Shown in pieces: positions 26,801-39,480 of a stretch of 64,000 nucleotides of DNA (position 1 is its first letter; each line of letters starts with the position of its first letter). The stretch lies in NCBI GenBank assembly GCA_964234715.1, contig OZ174278.1. One strand, given 5' to 3'. This DNA comes from Podarcis melisellensis (lineage: Eukaryota). The position numbers were made by a program, and so were the translations under genes. The notes under the pieces were generated by a model that searched no databases, was not told the DNA's origin, and saw only the letters and a program-made list of their open reading frames with translations.

Positions 26801-28544
26801 TGTTTAGAAAAGGCAGTTCTAAAAGTGACACATGTTTTAGTTTAGCTGGAACATTGTTATAATTTTATAATAAAACTTTTCCTTGAAATTGCTCACATCA
26901 TCAACTTTAAGACATTATAGATTAGACTCACAAGATAAGGTTGTTGCTCTTTTGGTTGTTTTCTGTATGTTTTGGAGTTGTGCCTTTGACAGCTACTTCC
27001 TTTGCTAGTCCAGTATTATATGAGCTTTCCTCCCCCCCTTTTTTTTCTTCAAGTGACTTTTTTTTGTAGAGTTATGACACTCAAGTGTGCTTCCCTCACA
27101 GTAGTTGGATAGGATTTGTTTTTCTTTCACCACCCTAGACTGACTTGGGAAAAGAGGAAGAGAAAACGTTTCCAGCAAATTGTGCTGTTGCTCAGCAGCA
27201 CTATAGGAGTATAAGAGGATTTGTTAGGGATTGTTTTCACGGACCTGTCCTGCAGCTCTACTGATACCCACATTGGGATGACAGCAAGTGATGCTACTGT
27301 GGGATGATGGAATGTTAGCCTATCACTACTGCTTCTTCATCTTCTGACTTAAAAGGTGAAATGAGCCTCAGCTAGTTAGGGCAGGAGAGATAGCGATGGC
27401 GAGTGGAAGGAGAACAGTGAGAAGAAGGCAGGCATGAAGAGGCAGAAGAGAGAGGAGCTTGATGGAGAAAAGGAGCATGGAAGCAGAGCAGGACAAATGA
27501 AATGGAAAGAGGAACAGTGGCACAGAGCAGGGAGAGATGCTTCTCTGCCCTAGGCGTTTCATGTGCAGAGGATAGGCATACCTCATCTACCACCTTCAGC
27601 TACAGGCTGGTAAATTTCGAGGCAAACTCAAAAGCTCAACCCTATTGAACTCTGACAGTTGTGAAATAACCATACATGCTTATAAGGGCAAAAGTACTGG
27701 GAACAGGGGACGTTCATCTCATGTTGTAGAGGCTCACCTTCAAAATCCAACCCCCTACAACTCTCAAGTGGTATCCTACCTATTAGAAATATTGGCAACT
27801 GGGAGGAAGGGAGAAAGCCTTTCCCCTAGTCTCAGTGGAAGCATTTCAAGATGGGTAGGGATACTTACCTGTGACTTCTGAAACATAATTGAGGAAGAAT
27901 TTCCATCTATAATGCTGTTGGGACATCAAAGTTAACTGTGAGGAAATAGGATTTAGCCAAAAATACCTATTTGAATCTTTCTACCTGCTTTTGTGTGTGT
28001 TCTATAATGGAGACTGCAGCGTATGACTCTTCCATGACAGAGCATAAAGGCTGCTTGAACAAAATTTGGGTGAAAACATAATAAGGAAGATGACAAAAAG
28101 GTGGCCTTAGTACAAATTGGCTCGACTGACCTTTATGTCATATTCTGCTCTCTGCTTTTATGATCCCACTCTTCTCTACCACTGTAGTTGACTATAATTA
28201 TAATCTTCTTACAGTAAGGATGATTCACACATTACAGTTTTAAGAGGTACATAACAATGTTTTCCATGTACACTTAACATGTTAAGTGTTAATAGCAACA
28301 AGTGAAGACAAAGGTTTGCAATTCAGCTTTCAAAAAGTATGACTTGATTAAAATAAATGCAATATCTTTTTTGCTACCCATTCTGGAAACGATGTACTGT
28401 AAGTACTGTGTTGTCACCTTTTGAATTGATTGGTTCTTCAACCATTCAGTCATTGGATTCTCATACAAATATATGCATGTGTCCTAGTTCAGAGGATCAC
28501 TACTGTGGGAGGGGCCATTGCACAATAATTTTTAAAGATCACGT

Positions 28545-28640
28545 AGCAGGTGATGGGAAAGACTTTTGACTGAGACCTGGGAGAACTATTGCCAATCAAA
28601 GTAGACAGTACTAGGGCTAGTCTAACCTCATAGAAAGTGG
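28545..28640 (+). mobile_element. Degraded CR1-type 3' UTR fragment
   Basis: gcaggtgatgggaaagac...gagaactattgccaatcaaagtagacagtact resembles squamate CR1/CR1-SINE tails. Confidence 0.5.
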
Positions 28641-29290
28641 GTTCTAATAATTCATGGTTTAGGATCCACTGATTTCATAATCAAATATGACAGCAAGTCA
28701 GCTTAGTTTTGAAATACAAAATCAGTATTCTGACCCTGCTTAAATTTAGGCTAGCTTTGGTTGTGCTATGGCATTAATTACCCTTTGCACCTAGCTCACT
28801 TTGACTTCACACAAGGAAGGATCAGTTTGTCTCTATGCATTATATCTTCAAAGGTTTACTGATACTGCAACACAGTGAAACTGCCACTGTGATTCAAGCC
28901 ATGTGGGTTGGGGTTCCAGGAAAAATTGCTTTGGCAATCCCACCCACCATTGAACCCAATGGGTTTTGACGATACACAATTTTGACTTTAGGTGTGATAC
29001 CCTGAAGTAACCTCCACGTAAGTTGCGGGTCTACTGTACTTCCTTCGTTAGAATGTAAAACTCATGAATGGTATTCATTTGCATACGTACAACCATATTT
29101 CTGCAATACATTTGTTATTACCAACCATTAATTGATACTTTAGTATAAATCCCATATCATATTATTTTTAGAGTTATGCAATTGCATATAACTGGCTGCA
29201 GTAGTGAAACAGTATGGTTTGGTACAGGTATTGAGGTTGTTTTGAGGCTAGGTTTTTTCTTTTCTTTTAAATGATAGCTATTTCCAAAAA

Positions 29291-29630
29291 GGGATGCGGT
29301 TGGTGCTGTGGGTTAAATCACAGAACCTAGGACTTGCCAATCAGAAGGTCGGTGGTTCAAATCCCCGCGACGGGGTGAGCTCCCATTGCTCCTGCCAACC
29401 TAGCAGTTCAAAAGCACATCAAGGTGCAAGTAGATAAATAGGTACCGCTCCGGCGGGAAGGTAAACGGCGTTTCCATGCGCTGCTCTAGTTTGGCCAGAA
29501 GTGGCTTAGTCATGCTGACCACATGACCCGGAAGCTGTGCACCAGCTCCCTCGGCCAATAAAGCGAAATGAGCGCCGCAACCCCAGAGTCGGTCACGACT
29601 GGACCTAATGGTCAGGGGTCCCTTTAACCT
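29291..29630 (+). mobile_element. Sauria SINE, near full length, with TSD
   Basis: tRNA-like head with B-box ggttcaaatccc, body gtgcaagtagataaataggtacc...gggaaggtaaacggcgtttcc, tail cctttaacct. TSD tatttccaaaaa at 29279-29290 and 29631-29642. Confidence 0.93.
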
Positions 29631-30019
29631 TATTTCCAAAAAGGGGGGGGGGTGTTCTCTCAGTATTTTGTTAAATATTTAACTCTGCATATAGAGAACA
29701 ATGATCTAATTATACTGGAATAATATTTCATAGTATAAAGAAGGTATTTTTGTATATTCTAACAAGCATCCTGTTTTTGAAGAATTGTGTATTCTACACA
29801 ATAAATGTATTTAGGTAGATCTGCACAGTGCCTTCTTTCCCCACTGTACCTCCTTCCGCAAATACCAACATTAAAATGTGGTGAAATCCGGGAATAATCA
29901 ACAGATTGTATGATTGCATATATACTACACCAAAGAAGAAAAATAGAATAACCAATCATATTAGAGATTATGGTCATTAAGAAAATAGAATTTCCATGTC
30001 ATTCATTTCTGCACCATCC

Positions 30020-30460
30020 TATTTGCATGGAAATAATGTCAACAAAAGATACCACATGACTCTAATGAGAGTGGGAATTCTCCCTCATGGAAACCAGTTG
30101 TGGATGGTAATGAAACCAATCTGTAAATGAGTTTCTAAAGGGTGCAATACTTTATCACTGGCTCTCTTGTCATCACTCAGGCAGCCCTTCCCTCTTTGGA
30201 GTGCAATGCTATTAGTTGCAGATTAAGAGTGATGACAGAATTGAGTTCTAAGCACCCTGTTTGCAGTGTCAACAGGCCTTAATGATAACATAGTGCTGCT
30301 TTCCTTAAGGAGTTTCATGTCTTATTCAGTGTAAACGGGGAAAATGTGGTGTTTTAGAACCAATGATGTGTTTTGCTATTGATGCTGTCACTGTGGCCAG
30401 CTGCTGAGAGAAGAGCTGTTTGTCAGATCCCATTTTCTTCGGTGATTCATCAAGCAGTAG
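30020..30460. promoter_or_regulatory. Candidate conserved non-coding element
   Basis: Repeat-free block with ATTTGCAT at 30021, GTGGGAA at 30071, TGACAG at 30233, CTGTCA at 30385 and several TAAT cores. Confidence 0.3.
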
Positions 30461-30610
30461 CAGTTCAAGCATTTAGTATAAGAAAAGGAAGAAATAACTA
30501 ATAGACCAGACTTGAACAACAGTGTTTTATGAAACTGTCACCAGTTGCAAAACCATATATTGTGACTGAACAACTCTCTTCAGGTACATATTAAAAGATA
30601 AAACTTGAAG

Positions 30611-30612
<2 letters not shown>

Positions 30613-30642
<30 letters not shown>
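30613..30642. repeat. (GT)n microsatellite
   Basis: Directly visible. Confidence 0.97.
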
Positions 30643-30644
<2 letters not shown>

Positions 30645-31323
30645 TTTTTATGGTGGCCTTGTTTTCAGTTACCTGTCTCGTTTCAGTTACCTGTGCAAGG
30701 TGAGTGGTGTGTTTGCAAGAAAGGTGAAGCCTCTTCCTACATATCCAGCATGGAAGCCAAGTGCTCTGGCAGAGGCAGGCACTGCCATATATACTTTTAC
30801 TACCCTAATTTTATTTTTTCAGACTATTTTTTTGGGGGGGTTATTTATAAATCTGGAGACCTGTTAAGATTACTTAGTGTCATTGACCAATGAGCTCCCA
30901 CATAACACGTATTGGGCTTAATAATAAAAGCATAGTAATATAGGACATATCCAACATATTTTCTTTCTCTGTATTCTGCCCACTTGTCAGCTAAAGGCAT
31001 ACTCTCTTTGTACATAAGCATGTGTTAGCTACATGTAGCCATCTAGCCTTCCACACTAGAATCACTTCATATGTTTTTACTGCTTTTATGCAGTTTTCCA
31101 GTGGTTAATCTCTATGTAGCAGGAAAAAGTATGCTGAAGTTTCAAAACATGGAGTGTTGTAGAAGTAGTGATGGATAAGTTCCTCCTAGTTCAAATCAGA
31201 TCACATTGAAAATGAATTAAATATTTTTTATGAAAAACAAAGCAAAAATAAGAAGTGGTTTATTTTCTGAACCAATCCATTTTTGGAAATTCCCTTGCCA
31301 CCAACTCTGATCATATATATAAT

Positions 31324-31325
31324 AT

Positions 31326-31374
<49 letters not shown>

Positions 31375-31375
31375 T
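31324..31375. repeat. Self-complementary (TG)n(CG)n(CA)n microsatellite
   Basis: Approximately (TG)11(CG)4(CA)10. Confidence 0.95.
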
Positions 31376-31435
31376 GATAATGACAGATAATGAAGGAGAA
31401 TTCCTAGATGCCAAGATCAAAGTTTGGGGCAGGTA

Positions 31436-31676
31436 CAGTGGAACCTTGTGTTACGTACCGTCCCCCTTACGAATGCTGCAGGTTACGCGCTCCGCTAACC
31501 CAGAAGTAGGTCCCCTTGTTGCGACCTTTGCCCCAGGATGCAAACAGAAGTTGCACTCTGGTGGCGCGGCAGCAGCGGGAGGCACCATTAGAGAAAGTGC
31601 GCCTCATGTTACGAGCGATTTCCTGTTACGAATGGACCTCTGGAACGGATTAAGTATGTAACACGAGGTACCACTG
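31436..31676. mobile_element. TcMar Tigger/pogo-like MITE
   Basis: TIRs cagtggaaccttgtgttacgtac / gtatgtaacacgaggtaccactg, TA on both flanks. Confidence 0.9.
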
Positions 31677-32224
31677 TACTCTTTGGTGAGAGAACCCCAG
31701 GAGATTACAAATTACAAAATATGCAGCAAAGTAAATTGTGGAAATATAGGCTGTTAGACTTTTAAAATATACCCTTCCAAGTTTCTTCTAAAGTTTCCCA
31801 CTTACCCTAGCATAGAAAAACACTAGACATTTAGTAAGTTAAAAATGGTTCACTTACACACTCTCCAAAGGTCAGTTTCATGTGCTTTTCTATATAGCAT
31901 TCAGAAAAGGTTGCACAGGTGGTAAAATTTTGTTTAGCTGCAAAGTGGTGAAAGTTCCTAAACTATTGGTATAGGAACTCAAGAGTAGCTTGTGAGAGCC
32001 ATGTGATCTGAGCCTGGAGCAACCACCTCATACCTCCTCACATGTTGAGGTTCTCAGGTAGACTGGGGTGTGGGGAGAAAGGCCTGATTAACCAGTTCCT
32101 CCCAAGGTGAGCTAAGCCTAATAGGACAACGTATTTTATGGTCTTAACCCCTTCATGTAGTAATTAGATTATATGATGCTGGTTAGCCCACATTCTGGTG
32201 GCACCAAATGTGATTTTTGAAGGG

Positions 32225-32266
32225 CAGTGCAACCCATCCCAAGCATCCCAGTGCAACCCATCCCAA
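32225..32266. repeat. Short direct duplication
   Basis: cagtgcaacccatcccaa twice, 24-bp period. Confidence 0.85.
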
Positions 32267-33113
32267 ACTAAAACCTTTAGTTTTTCCAGTCTGCCTTTCT
32301 ACTTACTAGGAGCATCTCTGTCATGTCTGAATTATTTGTTCTCCAGACCATTGCCAAACATACATTCAAAACTTCAACAGCTCCATTTGATTGTGATGGA
32401 AGGAAGAGATAGATTTGGCAGTCATCCATAATTTGGTGGCATCAGATTCTAAATCCCAGGCAACTTCCTCCAATGGTTTCACATAGATGTTGTATCATGT
32501 GAGGGGTGGGATAAATCTGTGGGACTATAGGCTAATACCCTTAGACATTGAACAGCAGTCCTCCAGTCCCACATTCTGGAATTGCCTGTCCAGCAAGGAT
32601 AGAAACTACTGCAAAATAATATCACTTCAACCAGGTGGTCCAGAATATACTGTAGCTGATTGTATTGAAAGTTGCTGAGGTCCAGCAGAACCAATAGAGG
32701 GATACACTACCCTACCCAGTTGCCTGTGAAGGTCATTCAATGCATTTTTGGCCCCAAAACTGGATTAAAATTGATCTGGATACTTGGAGAAACTAGGAGC
32801 TGAGGTGCTACTATGTGCTCAGGCACTTTGCTCAAGAATGGGATATTGGAGACTAAAACCTGGTGAGAATTAGGGAAGTTTTTTTAAAAAACCAAAAACC
32901 AAGGTTATACTATGTCACTTAGATCAGGTGGCACCACTCTCTCTCAAAGAGGGGCATTGAATACTTCCTTTAGCAAGAGATAAAGTAGTTTCTAGAACTA
33001 TTCTGTCATCAGCACTACTAAAATTTAAGTTTCTGGAAATGAGGTACATGGATAAGAAAAGAAAAAGTGGTTGAGTAGATCATTACAGATGTACTTAAGA
33101 AAACATTGTAGTA

Positions 33114-33265
33114 CCGTAGTTTTCCATGTATAAGACTAGCTTTCCCCCCCCCAAAAAAAGTAATGTCAAAAATTAGGGGGCATCTTATACATGGATACAT
33201 CCACCCCATTTGCTTACATTTGAGTACCCTATACACTGGGGTGTCTTATACATGGAAAAATATGG
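33114..33265. mobile_element. TcMar Tc2-like MITE (short)
   Basis: TIRs ccgtagttttccatgtataagac / gtcttatacatggaaaaatatgg, TA flanks, internal repeat of tcttatacatgga. Confidence 0.85.
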
Positions 33266-33336
33266 TAAGTGCTTCTTAAAGCTGGAACTAGTGAACCCTG
33301 ACTGTTTTAGGATTATGTTTTCAAATATTTTATTTA

Positions 33337-34089
33337 CCGTACTTTTCGCACATAGGATGCACTTTTTCAGTCTTAAAAACTAAGGGGAAAAGTCTGTGCA
33401 TCCTATGGAGCGAATGCAGGGGGGAGGCAGGCAGGAAAAGCCCCCAAGAGCCCCACACAAGCTTCGTGCAGCTCTTGCGGGCTTTTCCCCAGGAGGGAGA
33501 AGGGACTGACACCGCCAGTCAGTCCCTTCTCCCTCCTCTAGAAAAGCCTTGTGCAACCTCTCCAGCCGGGGCGGGGAGGCTGCGCAAGGCTAAAGAGGAA
33601 GCCAGGGCAGCGAGCGCAATCCATTCCGTTCGCTGCCCTGGCTTCCTCTTTAGCCTTGCACGCCCCTCCAGCCTGGCTGGAGTCCAGCCCCAGTGGACAG
33701 CGGGCACGATCCATCCCATTGCGCAAGGCTAAAAATGCTGCGCAAGGCTAAAGAGGAAGCCAAGGCAGCGAGCGGGATGGATCGTGCTCGCTGCCTTGTC
33801 TTCTTTAGCCGCGCTGGAGAGGTTTAGCTCCTGGCTGGAGAGGTTGCGCGGCTATGGATCCCGCTCGCTGTCTTGGCTTCTTTGCTCCTTGGGGCTTGGG
33901 GGGGGGGGGACCCGGGCTTCCCCTGCAGCCCCGAGAAGCTCTGGGAGAAGCGGACAGGCTGCGTGCAGCCTGTCCGTTGCTCTTTGGGGCTGTGGGGGAG
34001 GGGGGAATAATATTTTTTCCCTTGATTTCCCCCTCTAAAAACTAGGTGCGTCCTGTGGTCCGGTGTGTCCAATAGAGCGAAAAATATGC
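33337..34089. mobile_element. TcMar Tc2-like non-autonomous DNA transposon with GC-rich internal hairpins
   Basis: TIRs ccgtacttttcgcacataggatgcac / gtgtgtccaatagagcgaaaaatatgc, TA flanks, subterminal repeats (taaaaacta...gtgc.tcct.tgg) at both ends, no transposase ORF. Confidence 0.85.
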
Positions 34090-37000
34090 TATTCTGTTTG
34101 TATCCCGCCTTTCTATTAGATTAGCAAAATTGATTTCAGAAAGCAGTTACAACAAAAAATTCTGGCATATGCAGAAATAAGAATCCTGTACCAAGAAATC
34201 ACAATAAATTGACAAGCGATAGCTATGCTTGTCCCCAGCACCCATGGCTATTAGTTGGGTGTTTTAAGCCACTAGTGGTGGTAGTAATTGTGTTGTTTAG
34301 TTTGTTTTGAGGGAAAACACATTACAGCCATCATAATAATTATGTGTTTTGAATTGAATTTCTACATTAGCATTGACAAGTTCCCTTTTCCATTAAGATG
34401 CAGCTTCAGCATAATTTTAAGATGCTTCATTTGTTAATGGAGCAAGAAAGTTGTTACAGTTAATTTAGTAAGTAAGTTGGATGTTTGTGTACGTGTATGT
34501 ACACTCATAAGTGCATGCGTGATTTATCTCTGTGATAGTTGAATTGTTTTACAGTGTAGACGGATTTAGATGGTGAAAGTAAATGGTTTCAATACTGTCT
34601 GTAAGACAAGTACTGTGTTGCTTTGGAGTATAATCAAATTCAATTGTGAAATAAGCCATGTGTTAGAATGCAAGTCATACCCAACACTTCTAAATTAGGG
34701 TTGGGGTAAGTTGCCAACCCTTGACTTAAAGTGTTCATTAATCAAGTTTATACAACTGCCTTCAAATATAACACAAGAGAATTCAGTGCAGAGCTAAGTA
34801 ATTCTAAGTCCCATTTAGTCCAGTGGAACAATTAATTGTGTTTTAATTTAGCCCACTAAAATAAATGGAACTTTAAAAATGCTTAACTTGGCTAAATCAT
34901 AAATTTGGATGTTTTCCTAGGTGTAGATGTGACAAAGGTACTGATGTAGTGAGAAACAAAGAGCATCCTCCCATTTCTTATGCCCACCCACCTAATCAGC
35001 TGACATTTCTGTTCTTTATTTTGGAAGCTACTGTCTCTATTTTTCCTACAGCCAGTGTAATAAGCCTTTTAAAGACAGACCCATATATGTCTCATTGTAG
35101 TAGACTCAGTGGGAGGTTATGAGAGCATGAATAACTTTGGCTACTTTATAGATGGCATATCAAATAAAGCTGATAAAATGCACCTTTAGCCACAGAAGCT
35201 ACTTGAGTTTCTAATGACAATGTTAAATCCAAAGTGCGAACCTGGTCTTTTAGAGGGAGTCTAACTGCTTCCGGAATAGATCAAATGCCAATCATTGCAA
35301 AATCTTCTAATGAATGGAGCTGCACCTGCCCTGTATAGCTTGTTAGATAACTCTGAATACAGACTAAATGCTACCATCTGCTCCCAGTTGCAAACAACTG
35401 TTTCAGTGATGCTAGAAGTAGTAAATATTTAGTTTATCTGATGCTGCCTCATGTTGAGGAATAACATGCACCTATGATTACTTAGGCAGCTAGGAATATG
35501 TGTAGGAAAAGTTACACCTACATTAGCATTACACCGAAGAGTTGCAAATGATAAAAATTATTTCCCTTTTTTTATCCAGGTTAAGTCCAAGATCCAAAGA
35601 TAAATGCAATTAATTATGCAATAGACAAAGGGGCTTTGGTTTTGTGTTTCTAAAATGGCTGTGCACTTCTTCCTCATCCCCAGTCTGCATGGCAACCTAT
35701 GCCATCTCTGACCTTTTTGATGTTACACAATTGCACGTACCATTATCTCTAAAGTCCCATTAAAGATCAAGTGCCTATGAGTATTATATGAGTAGAATTT
35801 GACCATTTCCACTAGTCAGAAACTATAAAACCAGCTCAGTTTTAGGAGCCGCATCACCAGCACAGAGTGGTTATACTGCCTCTTTCCATACAGCTATGCA
35901 GCCATATCATTTTTATCCTGCGTAGTTGGTAATATATAGATAGATATATAATTGAGCAATGGCTTATTCTCTAGTACAGTGACCTAAGCTATTAATTTCA
36001 TGGTGCCAGATAGATGAATATATGTGTAGGTACGGTATAGATATATACTGAAATCACAAATGACAAAGGTCATTTATTTGCAATGATTTTTGTTTTGTAT
36101 AGGTGTTCATCCCACTGCACATTAATTTTCACTGATACTTTTGTCTCATACCATATACTCTCAAACAATAATGTTAAAATGTCTAAATGTCTTCCTTCCT
36201 TCCTTCTAGTGATGAGTAGTTATTCTTTCAAGGACTGCCTAATTTGTGTTTAAAATAAACAGCTCTAACTAGAAATTAAAATAAAAAATTATCATCTGGA
36301 TTCCAAAGGATAAAACATTTGGTTTTGACTGCTTTTCTATATGCTGAGCTCAGAGATTCATAGACATGGAACAAAATTTCAACAGTCATCCAATCCAGCC
36401 TTTTGCATCCTTAGGTGAGGGATATGAAGGTGGCAAAGTATGGATTTCTTAGCCTCATGGAGTTTAAACTCTTTCCTTTGCAGTTTTTATGGAGGGGATT
36501 AACAATTCAATACACTAAGTCTTATTTTAATTAGTTGCATCATAGTTTGGGGCATGTTATCAGCAGGAGTTTGTCTGACAATTCAGTGTATACATATAGT
36601 AAGAAGTGTTCACTTTTCATGTCCCTATATTTATAATGCATCATTCTCATGGATCATTCTCTGTATAAACCCATGTGCTTAGATTCTCCAGTGATCCTAA
36701 AAAGGTCTGGATTGTAACTGTTGTTCTTACTATTATTGCAAAAGAAGTTTATTTTTCAGTGATAAGGAAATGTGTTTGCTTATTATTTCAAATTAAATAA
36801 CATTCTTTAGCTTTAGAGACAGCACTTATGTTTAACAAGTGTGAATATATCTCTAATAGGGCTGATTAGCCTTTTGGCTTCTATACTTAATATTTGTATC
36901 ATTCTTTTATGGAAGTTCCTGTGTGCTTCCCATCAGGGTTATTGGAATTTGGAGCCTTATCTATAATTGCCTACCAATAGGGGTGACATGATGTCTCTCC

Positions 37001-37929
37001 AGTGCATTAACTTTATCGTTCCCTGTAAAACATTTAACACAGCAAAAATCTAAGCTTTTAAATGAGAAGATTGTCTTCATCTTGATCAGAGAAATGAAAT
37101 TTGTAATTCAAATGAGGAAAGTTAATGAATTTAATGCATAGGCCGGAAAAAGTGTGGTAATGTGCCAATTTGGTCTGCGTAAGGATTCTTCCAAACATTA
37201 CCATTAAGGTATTGATTTTGTCCATTTAGCAAAGTAAAAGGACTATGAACCTCCATAATGGTTTGTACATTACACCATTAGTGTCTAGACCATCCCCAGC
37301 AAAGGAAACCCATAATCATGTATGTTGAAACTCTTTTTAGCATTTTTAGCTTAAAACCTTATGCAGGTGCTAATGTTGGTAAGCTTTACAAAAACAACCA
37401 CCATTTTTCTGCAGGAAAGGAAAGAACAACTTTTATGTATAATCACAGGAAAGCCCCTGCAAACATAATTCCTAGTGGTATCATGGTTCTAGGCCAGGAA
37501 TCCTCTGAGGCAGACTGTTCCAGAGATACCTCAGACGACAGAATAGGACAGCCCAGTGAAGATAGCTCCAAAGCTTGAAAGCTCAGGGCATGGAAGAATC
37601 CTGTGCCTGCAGAGGTAGGCACTGACCTTGTAACTGGACAGATGCAGCATCTAGTCAGTGATTATCTAGCTCAGACTATAAAGACTACTGTGTAGAGATC
37701 TTCCAGTTGTTCAATGACACTGCTGAGAAAACTTGTATTTCAATTGCAGGATCACTAACTGTGGCCCTGAAATCCACACCAAGGGCCCTCTCCAAGGTTC
37801 TGATCTTGCTTTGCCTTCCTGTCAGCCTTGACCCCCTGGAACTATTGACTGTCCTGTTGCCTAGGTCATGCACTATCCACAGAATCTAGCTCAGCTAGTT
37901 GGCAGTTCATTCAAATTATTTCAACAGTG

Positions 37930-38810
37930 AAGTAACATGTTGGTGATATCCTGCCCCCAGTGAGCAGTTGAGTGGCCATATTTTGCACTAGCTGCAGCTT
38001 CCAGATCAAGCTCAACAGTGGCCTGCAAAGAGTGTATGGCAGTAATCCAAACTGGAGGTTACCAGTGCATGGACAGCAGTGCTTAGGCTATCCTGGTCTA
38101 GGAAACAGCTGGTAAAAGGCACTACTAATTACCGAGGTCACTGACTATGAACCTACTCTTTCAGAGGGAATGCAACATCTCCATCCAAAGGAGGCAACTG
38201 ATCAATTATTCAGACTCCGGAACTACCTACCCACAGTACCTCTGTCTTATCAGGATTCATCCTGTCCACCACCAAGTCCTGCCCCTCCTAATTCACACAT
38301 TACAGAGAAGAGGAGCTGGGTATCAACAGCATACTGATGGCACCTTATCCCATATCTCCTAATGATCACTCCCCAATAGCTTCATATAGATGTTAAAAAG
38401 CATTGAGGACAAGGCAGTTCCCTGTGACACCCCACAGTGCAACTGAAGGACAATCACACAGTGCTATTCACAAAAACCAACCCTGGAGATAGGATCAGAA
38501 CCACTGTAAGATTCCAACACACATCCCACTAAGTCAGCTTACAAGGATACCATGGTTAATGCTATCAAAAGCTTCTGAGAGAGTGATTAAGAATAACAGG
38601 GCCACACTCACCCATCCTTCTCCCAATAAAGTTCATCTACCTGGATGACCAAGGCTGAGTCAGTCTCATAAACAGGCCTGATCCCAGATTGAAATGCATC
38701 ATGATAATAAGTTTCATCCAAGAGTATTTGTGATGGTTGCGTCACAGTCCTCTCAACCACCTTCCCTGGAAAGGAAGTATTTGCTACCAAGCAAACCAAT
38801 GGTTCCAGGG
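37930..38810 (-). mobile_element. Degraded L2 LINE ORF2 (RT) fragment
   Basis: Minus-strand peptide FPGKVVERTV...DAFQSGIRPVYETDSAL resembles the L2 RT N-region. Downstream remnants include gaagcttttgatagcattaaccat (AFD..H), gggtgtcacagggaactgccttgtcc (GVxQG) and cagtatgctgttgatacccagctc (YADD-like). Frameshifted. Confidence 0.8.
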
Positions 38811-39064
38811 TGAACTTTTTTAGAATATACACTTGTACACAAGTGCAAGGTATAAAACAGATCTTCTGTGAGCATATAATATGTCTTGTGCATGTTGAAG
38901 AATGCCCCTAGATCCAATCCTCATTTCCTATAGAAAACTCAATAGAACTCTATAGAACTCACATTGACTGTGCGTGGAAGGTGAGTAGGACTATATGTGT
39001 TGCTCTTGTTTCTGAGCTCCATGCAGTTGACTGAAGGTTGGAAATTAGTATCTACACATGTTGG

Positions 39065-39480
39065 AACTTTGTTGGCACACATTTGTCTCAGGAGACAATG
39101 GAGCAGTGTGCCTGGAGAGTTACAGTACTTGGGGGAAACAGGTTTGTTGCAGCTGTGGCAGATAAAGGTGTCTGGTTGTGTTTATGCTGATGCACCATGG
39201 TGTTTCTTCTCTCTGTGCTTCTCCCAGTGGTCATTCCTCCTCTGATCAATGCTGTGGATGCACAACCTGACTATCTGTCTTCATACGCTGTGGTCATCTG
39301 CAAGGGATTCCCACACGGCTTGGTTGAAGTAGCCAGCCTTCATGTCTCATTTGAAGGCATCTTTGTAATGCACCAATGGGCTTGGTGCCTGAAGCCACTT
39401 CCCTGTAGAGTATGTCCTTGGAGATCCTGCCATCTTCCATTCTGTGTAAATCACCAAGCCAGTGTAGACATTGCTGACAA
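39065..39480 (-). mobile_element. RTE-clade LINE 3' fragment
   Basis: Peptide HWLGDLHRMEDGRISKDILYREVASG is the RTE ORF C-terminal motif, followed by a CxxC remnant. The 3' terminus ccattgtctcctgagaca...gccaacaa is shared with the copies ending at ~43893 and ~49627. Confidence 0.85.

Noticed and set aside
27368-27593. Overlapping ORFs on both strands in a GA-rich tract
   Set aside because: Low-complexity purine-rich sequence lacks stops for compositional reasons. No recognisable protein.
29291-29370. tRNA-like A/B boxes
   Set aside because: These are the head of a Sauria SINE, not a tRNA gene.
33330-34072. Many overlapping ORFs and a CpG-island-like appearance
   Set aside because: Entirely within a TIR-bounded non-autonomous transposon. 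GC-rich palindromes explain the open frames, so it is not a promoter or gene.
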